From positions 4,572,336-4,636,335 of the forward strand of contig NW_002060948.1 in assembly GCF_000150275.1 (NCBI RefSeq): a stretch of DNA of 64,000 nt, given 5' to 3'. The position numbers and the translations under genes are program-made. Numbering within the stretch: position 1 is the stretch's first letter; each line of letters opens with the position of its first letter. This stretch comes from Trichoplax adhaerens. Its lineage: Eukaryota > Animalia > Placozoa. Below the pieces are notes generated by a model. It was given only the letters and a program-made list of their open reading frames with translations. It was not told the DNA's origin and searched no databases. Below, one piece after another: positions 13,530 to 27,400 of the stretch.

Positions 13530-16420
13530 GGGCTGTATCATTCGACAGACTTACAAGCAAATTTCAGAATTGAATTAGTATAATACTTATACGTCATAAA
13601 TGCGATTTAATAATGAGCTGGTAAGATTTCGATCATTTTCTCCATTATTTAATTACTTTCTAGCAAAAAATTTAATTTCCGTAAACAATAAATCGAATGC
13701 ATAGCTATAGTCAGTCACTTCACGTATTCTACATACGAATTCTAGCCAATATATTAAGGTTTCTAAGCAGAGCTAAGAATTCTAAGTGCTATCGATTAAT
13801 TTTAGGAGACAAATTTTCATATCTGATTTGAACTGTATTTTACATAAGGCAGTCTGTAATATGTATAGAGATCTAAATAATACTATCTATTTAAAATCAG
13901 AAAATTTCAACATTTGGCGAAAAGATTCTATCTGATACTCAGAATAAAGGTAAATGGTAAATTTTATTAAGAAAATATTGTCAATATCATAATAACATTA
14001 ATTGCATAGCACTTAATAACAACTAATAGATTTAAAATTACAAGCGTATTTGATTAGAAATGTTCTCATACAAGCTTAAATTGAAGTTATAGATTAGTAC
14101 AATATATTATAATGTAGAGAATCAGGTACTAAATGTTATAAAAGTTTAATTGTTTTTAATTTGTAGCCATCATTACAAGCTATAGTTACCAATAACTATG
14201 CCACAAAGAGTATCTTGAACTGCCATCCAGACCCACGCGGGCCCTTAGTATATCCTTGGAAATCTGTAGTAAATCTATCGCCTGTTTTGGAAGCGATATT
14301 ATCTGTTCCTCCTTACTGAACTTTCACAATTATCTTATGCTAACCTATTTTCGCTTTATACTTTGAAGTCTGCGAGTATTGAGGTAGATGATTCTAACTC
14401 ATAGAAATATCATTCGATACTTGTAGAGAATTGTCACTCTAGGAGATTGATTAGTACCAGTAGCTTGGTGTTACGAAACTGCTTTCTTGATCTGACCTAA
14501 ATTAGTCTATCTAATCTATTTAACCTCTATTAACTTCGGGATTTTCTCAATTAGAAAATTTTCTTATTGCAACACCTGAGAATAGAGTTCAACAATAAGG
14601 ATTAAAGTTAGTTGAATTTTATTTAGTACTAGTTATAATGTGCATTAATACCAGTGTACTCGATGTTAGCATCAGTGGAATTGAAATTAAAAAATTAATA
14701 ATTAAGCTTATATATAGTTTAATCCTAAGTCACATAAACGCTCCGGTACTAGTCTCTCATATTAAATTAAGTAATATTCTATAACGAAGCTCTGTTTTCA
14801 TTTTTGAAAATTTAGGCAAAATAAAATGTCTATATTGAATAATTTAAAAACAGGACTGTAAAAATTTTAGATAGAAGAAATACCCCTAGATTATTGATTT
14901 CGTAGATATAAATAGAATTTTATGTAGATACATTGTAACTTTAACAGTATGAGCCCTGCCATCACTAACAGATTGTGGTGCTGTCAACAACGCCTCCCCG
15001 TATCTAAATTAAACCTATTGATTATTTGTTAGAATTAATATATATAGTATTTTATATTGATTAGCGTCTTAAGTAGAAATCTGACCAATAAGTACAAGTA
15101 CAGTATTTATAATTTTGGTATTTAATATCATTGGATTGAATAATATGTCCTACCATAGCTCGACTCGGCCAGAATTGACAGTAACATAAATGTAATGGGT
15201 CGTAGAAGTTACTATCTTAAACACAGAAAACACAAATTAAACTTCGTTTCTATATTATTTTATGATATACAATTAATAGTATAACTATAATTACGCATAC
15301 ATTGCCTTGCCAATAAAGTAGTCCGCTAGACTGATTGGTTGCAAATGTAAACTGTATATCTTGCTGCCTGTATATTATAGTCACAGTAATCAACGTAGCG
15401 CAATTAAATTTGTACAAAAGTTCTTAATTATTAAGTAGTAATAACGCAATAAAATCTAGTACTATCACTTACTCTTTTAATGCATTGATATAATAACGTA
15501 AGTAACTATTTCCATTGAAAGATGCTCCATCAGACGAACTAAACGATAAGGCTAATAAAGTAGAGGGTTAGTCAATAAGATTATAAACACACTGATCGTG
15601 CAATAAATAAAATAAAGTAGATGTACTAATATCTATAATAGGCTAGTTAATTACTATACCTGTATCATAAGTAACTATTTTCATTAAAAGATGCTCCATC
15701 AGGCAAACTAAACGATAGCACTAGCAAAGTAGAGGGTTATTTAATGGAATTATAAACATACGAAGCAAAAATTGTATCATTTCTGCACGGTGCACTGTGA
15801 TATGGATCTGATGGTGATGTATAATTTCTTTCGCAAAGCATTCCAAAATTACTAGATTGGCAGTTACAAATACAATAGTTTCTATCAGCTACCATAAGCA
15901 AGCATCGGTATTTTGGAAACTATTCTGATCATAAGAATTATCGTAGGCTAATTATTCGCGGTTTCTAAGACGCCACTTACCAAATTATGGGTGGAATTGT
16001 CTAATTCACTGTCAAATCTAGAGATACATCCTAAAAACGGAATTGAACCTCGAAGATTGAATTTTGATCAAATTGATTGATGATTCCTAGAAACTTCCAA
16101 TGTGGCAAATCAGTAATTATTCTGCTTTCTGATTGTCTAGTATGCTTTTGCACAAAATTACGTTAGAGTACTTAGCTTCCTTACTTTCTATGGTAAAACA
16201 TATGAACATTCCAAAGGAGAGTATAAAAGCGAACTAAAATTACGGTGTGGGAGAGAGGGAATAAATGATACTATGCAAACCTTGACTACCTAAACGGATC
16301 TTACACTAACGAGTGACCAAAGTGCTCAATGGAAACTGTCTGTTTTTCATATCAGTAGCTATGCTACGGTCAATCCCGGGAATGACCGGCAATTAGCTAC
16401 TAAGCTAATACTACCACAGT
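13530..16420 (-). pseudogene. Pseudogenised duplicate of perlecan domain V and its 3' flank
   Basis: Aligns by eye to ~21720-24470. The LG-EGF exon copy (15780-16420) has indels. There is a 1-nt deletion at ~14996 (tccccg versus tcccccg at 22961). The penultimate exon is truncated by foreign sequence at ~14469-14810, and the last exon copy (~14170-14312) is degraded. Confidence 0.85.
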
Positions 16421-16499
16421 ACTATGATAAACGTAAATAAACTAATTTTCATCAACAGTATCTAGAGATGAAACTAACTTGTATAATATATATTCGCAA

Positions 16500-18470
16500 T
16501 CACTTAAACAAAGATGACTATCCTCGATAATTACATAACAGGGAGGAGCATTGACGGCGAAAACTGCCAAGTAAATTAGTACATTGTTCTTGACAATCCC
16601 CATTCGAAATAATAAATCTAGTTAATAACAGATATTTTTCGCTAATGGTTGATTACCTTGTACGTAATTAATTCCAGCGAACTCATTTCTCACTATGCAC
16701 TTGTAACTACCTAGGGTATTTACTTTTTTACCATACTGATAGGGATTCTAGGGGTATTCGTTAATTTCTAATGAATGGAAATTATAACGTACAGCAGCAT
16801 TAAGGTCATTGCGGTAGTAAATATTGATCCAATGTAATGCCACTTGTTAGAAAATTGATGACCGTGGTCACAGTAAACGCCCGTATATCAAGTTCTGCAT
16901 CAATATTTAGAATCATTATGAGATTGAGTGCATGTCCTTTTTACGTAAGGATTGGAATGACAGTTATCTGATTTAATATTGAATTGTTGTAAAAATAGAT
17001 TAATGGTTACTTTCCCATTTTGAGATTATAAAGCTTTGTTGATTTGAACAATTTATAAGCCAAAGTAATCACAAGTAAAACTTAGCTCTTAAAAAAAAAG
17101 TTTGTTTGATCTACGAGATCTTTCTGAGCAAAGTTTATCTGTGATTGAAATTACGATAAAATAAATTGAAAAATAACTGTATCTTGTCGAATAATGACGC
17201 TGATTGCAAACTGGTAGTGGATGAAGTAGATAGATGAGATAACAGTCATAATTTTTGACAGTGGTGGTTTGATTTCAATGAAAAGGATTGCGGCCCCATG
17301 AAAAGCATACTTTGCCGACGACAATATTTTCTTAAACTGATAGCAAGGTAAAGACATCGACGATTTTGAAGTATCTAAAAAGGGTAACAAAAGGAGGAAG
17401 CTTCTTCAAACAACAATATTGATAGGCCGATGCCTAATAATATTGTATTTAGGCTCTTGTATTGCATAATGCAGAGAAATCTTTCTAAATAACTTGACGC
17501 CATTGCTCGTCATTAATTCACAATTTTAACTTACAGGATTGCAGTCTTCAAATTAATAAAATATTCGAAGAATATAGTAATAAATTACGACAGTATAAAT
17601 AAAAGTATTTATAGTACTTGTTGGATAATTTTCCGTCAGTTATTCTGGTGAGACTGTAACGCATCTAATCATGCTTAACCTTCCTCCGAATATCATCTGG
17701 CTATTGTAGCTACCATCTAAACGATACCAAGAATTATTTAAATATAATCGATCACGAGTAATATCTAAAAATTACTCAACTCAATATATTGATCTTATAG
17801 TATCAGTTAGCAAGATACGATTATGACATGGATCAGTTCATATTAACTAAGCAATCCGATAATGATGTTAAAGTGAAGACGTATTACTAGCCTAAGAAAT
17901 TTATTTTTCAAACTGCAAATTTTGCATGTTTTTTAAACTTAAACAGGAAGTATTGTCTGCTTTTAAAATTTTACCAGCTGGACACCGGCAGTAGTAACTA
18001 CCAATTGTGCTGGTACAATTTCCTTGACACAGCTGATTCTGGCATTCATCAATATCTATCATTAACGACGCAAATCGATACATAAAGAAGGATGAAAATG
18101 GTCGAATTCGATCTATTTCTAAATATCAAAAGTTTAATTATAATAGTAAATAAAGCAACCGACTATTTTGGTATTGCTTTCCATTAAAACTGAGATCGCA
18201 TTGGCATTGGTATTGAAGTCTAATAATAATACATTTTCCATGATTGCAAGGGCCAGGTTCGCATGGATGAAAAGCTAGTATGTAAAGTGAAAAAGTTGTA
18301 GACGGCTATACGCTGGATAGTGATTAGTATCGAGCTGACCACTGTTGAAAGAACACTGTACCTTTTTCTCAGTGTTCTTCGATGTCACCTACAGGATATA
18401 AACATGTATAGCCTGATTTTTCTGAAGTACAATTACCGTAATTAAGGCAAGGATTTAGATTACAACAATC
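16500..18470 (-). pseudogene. Decayed EGF / calcium-binding EGF exon array
   Basis: Exon remnants: ~18362-18470 (CNLNPCLNYGNCTSEKSGYTCLYP...EH*), ~18160-18274 (HPCEPGPCNHGKC...CQCD, last Cys to Tyr), ~17938-18054 (DIDECQNQLCQGNCTSTIGSYYCRCPAG, open), ~16658-16767 (EINEYP*...NTLGSYKC) and ~16505-16617 (frameshifted NGDCQEQCTNLLGSF). Confidence 0.75.
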
Positions 18471-21400
18471 AATAAAGAGTTAAGAAAGGCACAATATTTA
18501 TGAAATTAGAAGCAGGCGATTCGATTTGCCGTTTCCAAGGCTTTAACATCATATCAAATGAACATATTCGGTTTATTTGGCCAAGTAGGAGCAGAATTGA
18601 ATTTTGAAACTTAGCGGATAGGCAATTGTTACAGTGTTAAATACTGTATTAGAGTTGAAATATCTATGTTAGGATAATTCTGCTAGACTATCCTTACTTA
18701 GTTAACTTCTAATTTGGATATACTGTGTTTTAATATAGCACTGACTTTTTATGACAGTGACACTTATACACATACTGAAATTAATAGTTATAATAGGGAT
18801 GCAAATCATCTACTTACAGTTCGAATCATTGTGATTGTAATTTACTTATGCTAGATTGTAAATTATCATGGAAATGTTCCGTGGTAGGACATATCGTAAT
18901 CTGACTATTCTGTATTAGTCATTACATGCCTATGTTCGTAAATACTGTTGTCTGCATTAAGGGAGCAGTAGCTATAATTAATATCTAATTCAGTAAATGA
19001 TTCCGAGGTTAATTGTATTAACTATGACTCATGAACTATTGAGGAACAGTATATAAATGCAGTATATCGTGAAATAAAGAGAATTCTGAAACTTAGTGTT
19101 TAACGTAAAATACGAGACGTTCAAGTCTTTGTGTAGTCTGCTAGTAGAGCAAAAGCGTTTCAGATAGTGCAGATATCGTTCCTTGATACGTGGTTCAAGG
19201 AATTGACTTATTGATTGTACATTACGTTATCTTGTTGCAAAGCTGTTTTGTGACAGTAATAAAGTTTTTATGTTAAATACTCAAATATACTGATTAGTAA
19301 TTGAAGAAAGAATGGGAAAAGTTTGAATAACCTTGTGGATAACTACCGCGCATCTAACCTGAAGAAATCGTTTGGCAATCACAAACTGTTCCACGACAAG
19401 TCATTTGCAAGATATAATTATTAATTATTGGTGATTCCATCGAACAGTACCAAATATTAGTTAGATCTTCATCACATCGTAATCTCGATCCTTGATTGAT
19501 GCTCTTAAAAGTGATCTACTTGTCTAATTTAACTAGTGATATTGCCAACATGGGTTTAGTATTTTGAAGGTGTAGCAAATTATAATATATATGTGATACT
19601 GTCACACACCACTAGTGACAAAGTAGTCTACACACGCCAATCCTTGCGGAGAACACCACCTACTAACTTAAAGAGGCGAGATTAGCTATATCACCAAATA
19701 ATTCAGTTCCAACGACCGAATACTTTGGAATAATTATAGCGTCACAGATGATGTAGACGAGATAGTAAGAGATTTACTATCATTTATTACTGAAGGAATC
19801 TTGCCACCCAAGATTATAGTCTTAGAATTAAATATCAATTGATAAACTAGTAGACTATCTAACCGACTAACTAACTAAAAAGGGATCTTCAGGCACCAAC
19901 CTTTTATAGTCTCGTCAGAAACTCCTGGTGCACATAAAATAAAGCTATCCTTTTAAAGTCATAGGAATTATTATGAATATTGTCATTAAAGACTTCATAT
20001 AAGATAATTAATTAACAACTTCTATTGTTAAGAACTGATAATTAATTAATAAATTAATAAAGAGCTTAACTAGTAAACAGTGCATTATCATATTAATCAA
20101 AGATTAAACAGATTATATGAAGAAATGATAATTAATAAAACGTCAATCCACACAAAAAATATTTAATATTACTCAATAATTAGGACGAGCTTACGCATCG
20201 TAACAGACACAGGTAGGAATTTTCCCAGTTTACGGTCCTTTCTGTATCCGATACGTTAGTCCATTAACAAACTAAGATTAGTGAATACGAAATATATTAC
20301 ACGTATTCAACGAATAAATTAGTCAATTTGCAAGACTGTGCTTGGTACGAAATAAACTATTTAAGCAGTAACAAGAAGAGTCTTGAAGCAAGAGGTTTCA
20401 AGAATTGATACTAGTAATTTCCCACCTGAAAGTACGGTGGGAACGTCCGACAAGATAATCTATGTCGTCGAATCGTCTAAAACGAAAATATTGTAAAGCA
20501 GCATCGATAGAGATCTAAATTTTAAATATTAAAATAACAGATGGTAGAAAATTTACAAAAAATGAAAGGGTTACTAGAAAACCTTGCCCACACGACCTAA
20601 ATTCTAGATTCTGCGTCTTTGCACTCATTACGCCGAAGGTATACAAGAGCGTCTACAAACTTACCTAAATAAATGTCTAATTTGTAAATGAACAAATTAA
20701 GCTGTCAAAGTTGCGTATAATCTGTTTGGATTAAAAATTCAGTGCAAGTAATTCATACAAGCGTTGCTCGTTCTTGGCGTCTATATTGTTATTCTTTTCC
20801 CTTACTACTATTACAGTATACTTCAGGAGATCATTCAAAATTGCTTCAATTAATACCCAAGACATTCTGTCTCGATTTTATGACATGATGCCGCCTTTTT
20901 TATGGATAAGAATGCATTTTAATAAAAGTATAATTCTGGTAGTTAGGCGTGTTTTTTTGTTGAACTGTAATATATACGTATGAGTATGTTGCAGCCATAA
21001 TATAATATTCAATTTAGCATTGTCAATAATAGCTTTACTTCATTTTGTAGTAAGAGAAGAGAATATTATATCGTAATCAAGTGACGGTGAGAAATTTTTT
21101 ATGCACAGTCTGGCTTATTCGTCATTTTAGCCAATTAATTTGAATGCGAGACAGATTGGATGATGGAGAAGCCAAAACTGGATTGAATGCAATGAAAAAT
21201 AGACTAAATGATGAAAATTCTAAAAAAATTCAACTGTAGTAAATATAACTACCAACTACATATTCCTTAAGTTCTTGGATGGAATCTTAAGCTGCCTAAG
21301 CTTTTTCAGATTTAAAAAATTTGCTTTTTGTAACGATAAACAACATGCAGTACTTTATGATAAGAGTATCGCAAAATTTATTAGCTTATTATACAGCAAT

Positions 21401-22430
21401 TTAGCAAAGACTTTTAGTGTTCCTTAATTTATCAAGGTCTGTCACAACCGAGATTGTAACACAAGAATTAAACGGGATTCTTTCCTCTAAAGTAGACTTA
21501 ACTATCTAAGCAACTAACTCTAAGCACTCTTTAATCAACCAAACTTAGATTCGAGTCTTAGACGATAGATTACTCACGTTTCTATGACATTTAATATTAG
21601 TTAATTAGTAGCTAGGTGTCAACATATGATTCATCACACAACAAAATTATAATATTGATGATGCATTAATTAATGAATGTCACAAGGTCACAATACTTTA
21701 CTCTGAAATTTGTGTTCTGTATCGTTGGGTAACCTTCCATACAAATTGCAGAACTAAATTAGTATAATGCTGATGCATCATTGATACGATTCAATAATGA
21801 GCTTGAGAAATATTTGTAAATTTCAGCTATCGTGATAGCTCCTTTCCCGTAAAAATTAAAATTAAGAGTTTCATAAACAATAAATAGTTTACATAGCTAT
21901 AGCTAGCTATTTCACCTATTTTAATACGGAAGCTAGCTATTATATTAAGGCTTCTAGCAGAACTAAAAGTCTTAAGTGCTATCAATTAATTTTAGGTGAC
22001 AAGTTTTATATCTGCTATGAACTGTGTCTTGCATAATGCGGTCGGCAATTAGTAATAAATGAACGGTAGCTAAAGTGCTATATTAATATAGGGTCTTTGT
22101 AGAAATTGCGACAGCAGATATCCATATAATTCTAAATAATATTGCCTATTTTACCTTATAAAATTGTAATATTTTGTGAAAGGCACTCTATCTGATATTA
22201 AAAATAAAGTAAATAGTAAATTTTATTTCTGAAATATCGTTGGAGATTATATCATTGATTGTATAACAATTTACTAACAATTAATAGATTTAAAATTACT
22301 AGCTTATTTTATTAAAAATGTTTCCATGCAGACTTAAATTAAAGTTTTAGATTAGTAAAACAAAATGTAACGTAGAAAATCAATTACTTAATGTCATAAA
22401 TTTTTAACTGTTATTGATTTATAGAGATCA

Positions 22431-24470
22431 CTACAAGCTACATTTTCCTACAGAAACGCCACGAACGGCATCATCAACTGTAAATTGCAATCCAGACATA
22501 CGCAAGTTTGTAATACATCCTTGGAAACCTGTCGTAAATCTGTTTCCTGTTTTGGTAGCGATATTATCTGCTCCTCCTAAATAGAAGTTTGCAATTAGCT
22601 CATGTTAAGCTCTCATCACTTTAAACATTCAAGCCTGTCACGGTAGATGATACTAACCCATAAAAATATCGTTCGATACTTGTAGAGTTCTGCCACTTCC
22701 AGGAGATTGATTAGTACCAGTAGCTTGGCTACCATCAACCCATAAGGAACCATTGTTGGCATTTCTGAAACATGGATAAAAAATAAATGTCTATACTAAA
22801 TAGTTATAATTTAAATACAGGATTGTAAAATTTTAGATAGGAGAAATACCCCTAGGTTATTGATTTCGTAGATATAAATAGAATTTTATGTAGATACCTT
22901 GTAACTTTAACAGTATGAGCCCTGCCATCACTAACAGCTTGTGACGCTGTCAACAACGCCTCCCCCGTACCTAAATTAAACCTATTGATTGTTTGTCAGA
23001 ATTAATATATATATAATATTTTATATTGATTAGAGTCTTAAGTAGAAATCTGACCAATAAGTACAAGTACAGTATTTATAATTTTGGCATTTAAAATCAT
23101 TGGATTGAATAATATGTCCTACCATAGCTCGACTCGGCCAGAATTGACAGTAACATAAATGTAATGGGTCGTAGAAGTTACCATCTTAAACACAGAAAAC
23201 ACAAATTAAACTTCGTTTCTATATTATTTTATGATATACAATTAATAGTATAACTATAATTACGCATACATTGCCTTGCCAATAAAGTAGTCCGCTAGAC
23301 TGATTGGTTGCAAATGTAAACTGTATATCTTGCTGCCTGTATATTATGATCAAGTAATCAACGTAACGCAATTAAATTTGTACAAAAGTTCTTAATTATT
23401 AAGTAGTAATAACGCAATAAAATCTAGTACTATCACTTACTCTTTTAATGCATTGATATAATAACGTAAGTAACTATTTCCATTGAAAGATGCTCCATCA
23501 GACGAACTAAACGATAAGGCTAATAAAGTAGAGGGTTAGTCAATAAGATTATAAACACACTGATCGCGCAATAAATAAAATAAAGTACATGCACTAATAT
23601 CTTTATTAGGCTTGCTAGTTACTATACCTGAGTTGCAATCAAGTAATCCATAGTATGGGAACAAGCATTGACATGTATAACTAGATCCAGCCGAAACACA
23701 AGTACCATCGTTTCTGCATGGTGCACTGTGACATGGATCTGACAGTGATGTATAATTTCTTTCGCAAAGCATTCCAAAATTACTAGATTGACAGTTGCAA
23801 ACATAATAGTTTCTATCAGCTACCATAGGCGAGCAGCGAGCATTATTTTCGCATGTACTCTGATCACAAGGATTGTCGCAGGCAAACGTATTCGCGGTTT
23901 CTAAAGCATCAGTAACCAAATTATAGGTGGAATTGTCTAATTCGAATCTAGAGATACATCCATGAAAACCGAATAGAACATCAAAGATTGGATTTTGATC
24001 AAATTGATTGATGATTCCTAGAAATGTCCAATGTGACAAATCAATAATATTGCTCCTTCCCGATTGTCTGCTATCCTTTTGCACAACAGGACCATTATCT
24101 ATTTGCAAGGTTGCAATCCCATCTCGGAAGACTGCTGAAATATTATACCAAGTATTGCTGACGATATCAGACGAATATGCTAAGCTATCTTGAATGCCAG
24201 CAGGACTATCATCTGGTCCGCTAGAGTAGTAGAATGTGATTCGACGATTTACTATGCAAATTGACATATAGTGAATAGTAGTAGGTGTTTTTTCATCAAA
24301 ACCATTACTGGCGAATATGACCATTTCATTTTGATTGCTAAGAGGTTTAATCCTTGCAGTTATAAAATGATATGCTGAGCTAGTTAGAGCCGTCGGTGTC
24401 TTGCTAGCGTATGCATTGTATGAGTTGCTTTGAGTGGCGTTGTTGACATATCTCCGGATATTTGCCGCAA
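22431..24470 (-). CDS. HSPG2: Perlecan domain V: LG-EGF-EGF (one exon, 23628-24470) plus terminal LG (exons 23441-23519, 23270-23336, 23123-23184, 22898-22981, 22658-22764, 22431-22576)
   Basis: LG1 has [10 protein letters not shown] and is followed by two 6-Cys EGFs. LG2 splices to ...[12 protein letters not shown] / [18 protein letters not shown] / [14 protein letters not shown] / [28 protein letters not shown] / GSLWVDG...IFM / [25 protein letters not shown]...VGKCSL*. Confidence 0.92.
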
Positions 24471-27400
24471 CTATTAGTTTATTTTAGATATAGAAATGGC
24501 ATATTAAGTACATAATTATAGATATAGTGATGAACTCTATATTTAATTTTATTAATAGCTACATTTGAACAGTTAGATTTCTAAGAATAGATATTGTCGT
24601 GATACTAATTTAGGCGACTGATAATTACTATATTAGACATTGTTGATTAGTAATGTTAGCCAGTAGCCAAGTATAGTAAATAAATTTACGTGACTTGATG
24701 ATACTGTGATTGAGAAGTTGCTCAGCACCTTATAGCGTTGAACATTAACAGAAAATCAATGATACTTTCTTCAGATTGATTCGAATAGTAAAATATATTA
24801 ATGATCTATTTGAGGAAAATCATTTGCTTGATGACTTAAATCTGATTTTAGTTTAACTTTTTGACATCAATACATTTAACGAAATGTATTTAAGAACTAC
24901 AGAGATAAATTTAGACTAGACTTCACTTCTTTTGAGGCTAGAATACTTTAAATTAGGTTCTTGTTCAATTATTGCTCTACTATTCTTAAACTTTACGGTA
25001 AACTCTTTTGCTAATTTTTTTTGGACGAAGACAGCTGCTATTTCATGGAATACTTTTATTGAAGTAGCATGCAATAATTTCAGATTATTATAATCGTAAA
25101 TTAGTATACAGTATTAGAGGATATTAATTTGGATATTGTACTATATATTCGGTATTATCAGTGCTCATCATATGTAGGGCAATAGTTAGCTTAGGTGTAA
25201 ATAGTAGTTTATAATTATTTTACCTACAGTAAATGAAATTTAATTAGCTGAACGCTCTCCTATAGTAAGATTTAGAGATAAGCATGGTACATGACTAATT
25301 TTATGCATGTCGTAAGACAGTACTGGAAGTAATAACTCAAATTCCCATTCATTTTGTAATAGTCTAACTTAATCACAGATGATAATAATGGCATATGGAT
25401 TAGTTCTCTTTTCGATATGCTACGACTAACCTGCTATTTTAACATCTAGGATGGTTGTTGATGAACCAATAGTCGATGTTACAGTGCAAACATAAGGCTT
25501 AGCTTTTGCTGCATTAACGTTCCTCAGAGTCAATCGATTTCCAAATGCTTCAAAGAAGGAAATTGTTACACCATCGGCTGCTGTCCATCTCCTACCAGTC
25601 ACTGAAGGTATCCCTGCCCCATTACAAGTGTGCGTTGGAGCAGTATCGCCAGCTTTCAGCACCAATGGATTTACTGAAGGTGATATGCTAGCTCTTGGAA
25701 ATTCTGAATTTTTCAATAATAATCTAATTAGCTACTGACTTAAATAATCTTCTCCAGTTATGGCTAAAAATGAAGATTTCGATCAATAATGATGTAAATG
25801 CATCCATTTTAAAATTGATTACAAACTTCTCCGATTCCTACCGTTTATAGTAATAGATGTACTTGCTGAAGCTAGGCCAGCAATATTAGTTACATTACAC
25901 ATGTAATTTGAGTTACCATCAGGTAGCCTTCGTAAAGCTAAGTGTGTATCGTTAAAAGAATAGCCAGATGGTAATGAACCTCCGCTTTTAGTCCAATTGC
26001 TTGTAGTTTGCAACGAATTTTGTGGGTCACATAGTAACATCACTGATCCACCTCGTAAAACTGTCAGGCTTGATGGTGAAACAGAAACAGTAGGTGATGC
26101 TGAAAGATATACAGAAAATTCGTTTATTAAAATTAGAACGTTAATTTATTCTGTAGACAGTCATTATAATTATATGCGTAATAGAATTATCAATAATCCG
26201 CTAGTCTTTAATGTTTAAATAAATTGTTAGGTCAATTTTTATTTAAATTTCTAGCTTGAAACAACTGTGATAAGATGTACTTACGAATAACGGTTAACAC
26301 AGCGACACTCGTAGCAGATATTTGCCCTTTACTAGTTGTGCAGTTATATGAGCCACTGTCATTAACAACGGCTGAAGAAATTGTTAATACTGTTCCTGAC
26401 TGGACGATATTAGAAGGAAAAGATCCTCCGCTGCCTTTCGACCACGTAACTGTTTCCCCTTCCGTCGAATCTGAGCTGCAGTTGTATACTGCACTCCCTC
26501 CAACAGCAATGAACTGTTGTGGTTTATCAATGATGGCGTTAATAAGAGCTAAGAGAAATAATTAGTTTATCATTATTGTAAAATCCTTTATTAAAGCAAC
26601 CCTTAGGAAACGTTAGCTTAAGATCGTATATATAACCGATTGCAAGAAATTACATTGATAGTATTGAGATTTATGATTAAACCATACGTTTATGAAACTT
26701 ACGATTAACTGTCAACGTAACACTTGAATTGATCGTTCCAGCTGCATTTGTAATAGAACAAGTATACGAACCGCTATTTCTTTCTTGAGTATTGTTAAAT
26801 AGTAATCGATTTCCAATCTGCGTTGCATGAAGTTGTAAAGATTGCCCGTCTGTTCTTGACCAAGTAATTTGACCAGCACTGGAATTTGATTGACATGTAA
26901 ATTGCAAAGAAGTTTCTACTATCACCCTTTGGGAGTCAGGAGTTATCCATACGACAGGATACACTAAATTTGAAAATAATGGGTATGATTGAATAGAGCA
27001 ATAAGTCTATAACATATAGCCTGGAGGTTCTTTCTTTTTCTTTAATAAGATATATTCAATCCGAGAATATTGCATTAGATTCTATATGAACTTACGGATC
27101 ATTTGTATAGTTGTAAAGGCGGTATCATTTCCAGCAGCATTAGCTAAATAGCAGCGATATGTACCTATGTTATCTGCAGTGGCTGAGTTTATTATTAACG
27201 TTCCATTGCTAAAACTACGGACATTATTAGGCAATGTTGCAACACCAAGTTGGCTCCAGATGGCACTTGCTGGGCTAGTCGATGAGTTACAAGTAAATGA
27301 ATATTGTCTTCCTTCGAGAATCGTAGTATTTACTGGCGTTATAGCAGCGCTTGGAATAACTACAGTGCATAGATAGTAAATATTATAAAATTTTTTCTTA

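Noticed and set aside
19200-20650. Slightly GC-richer tract, also 1-420 and 10200-10700, suggesting decayed retroelement coding sequence
   Set aside because: I could not recover RT, integrase or transposase motifs; a translated search against a repeat library would be needed.
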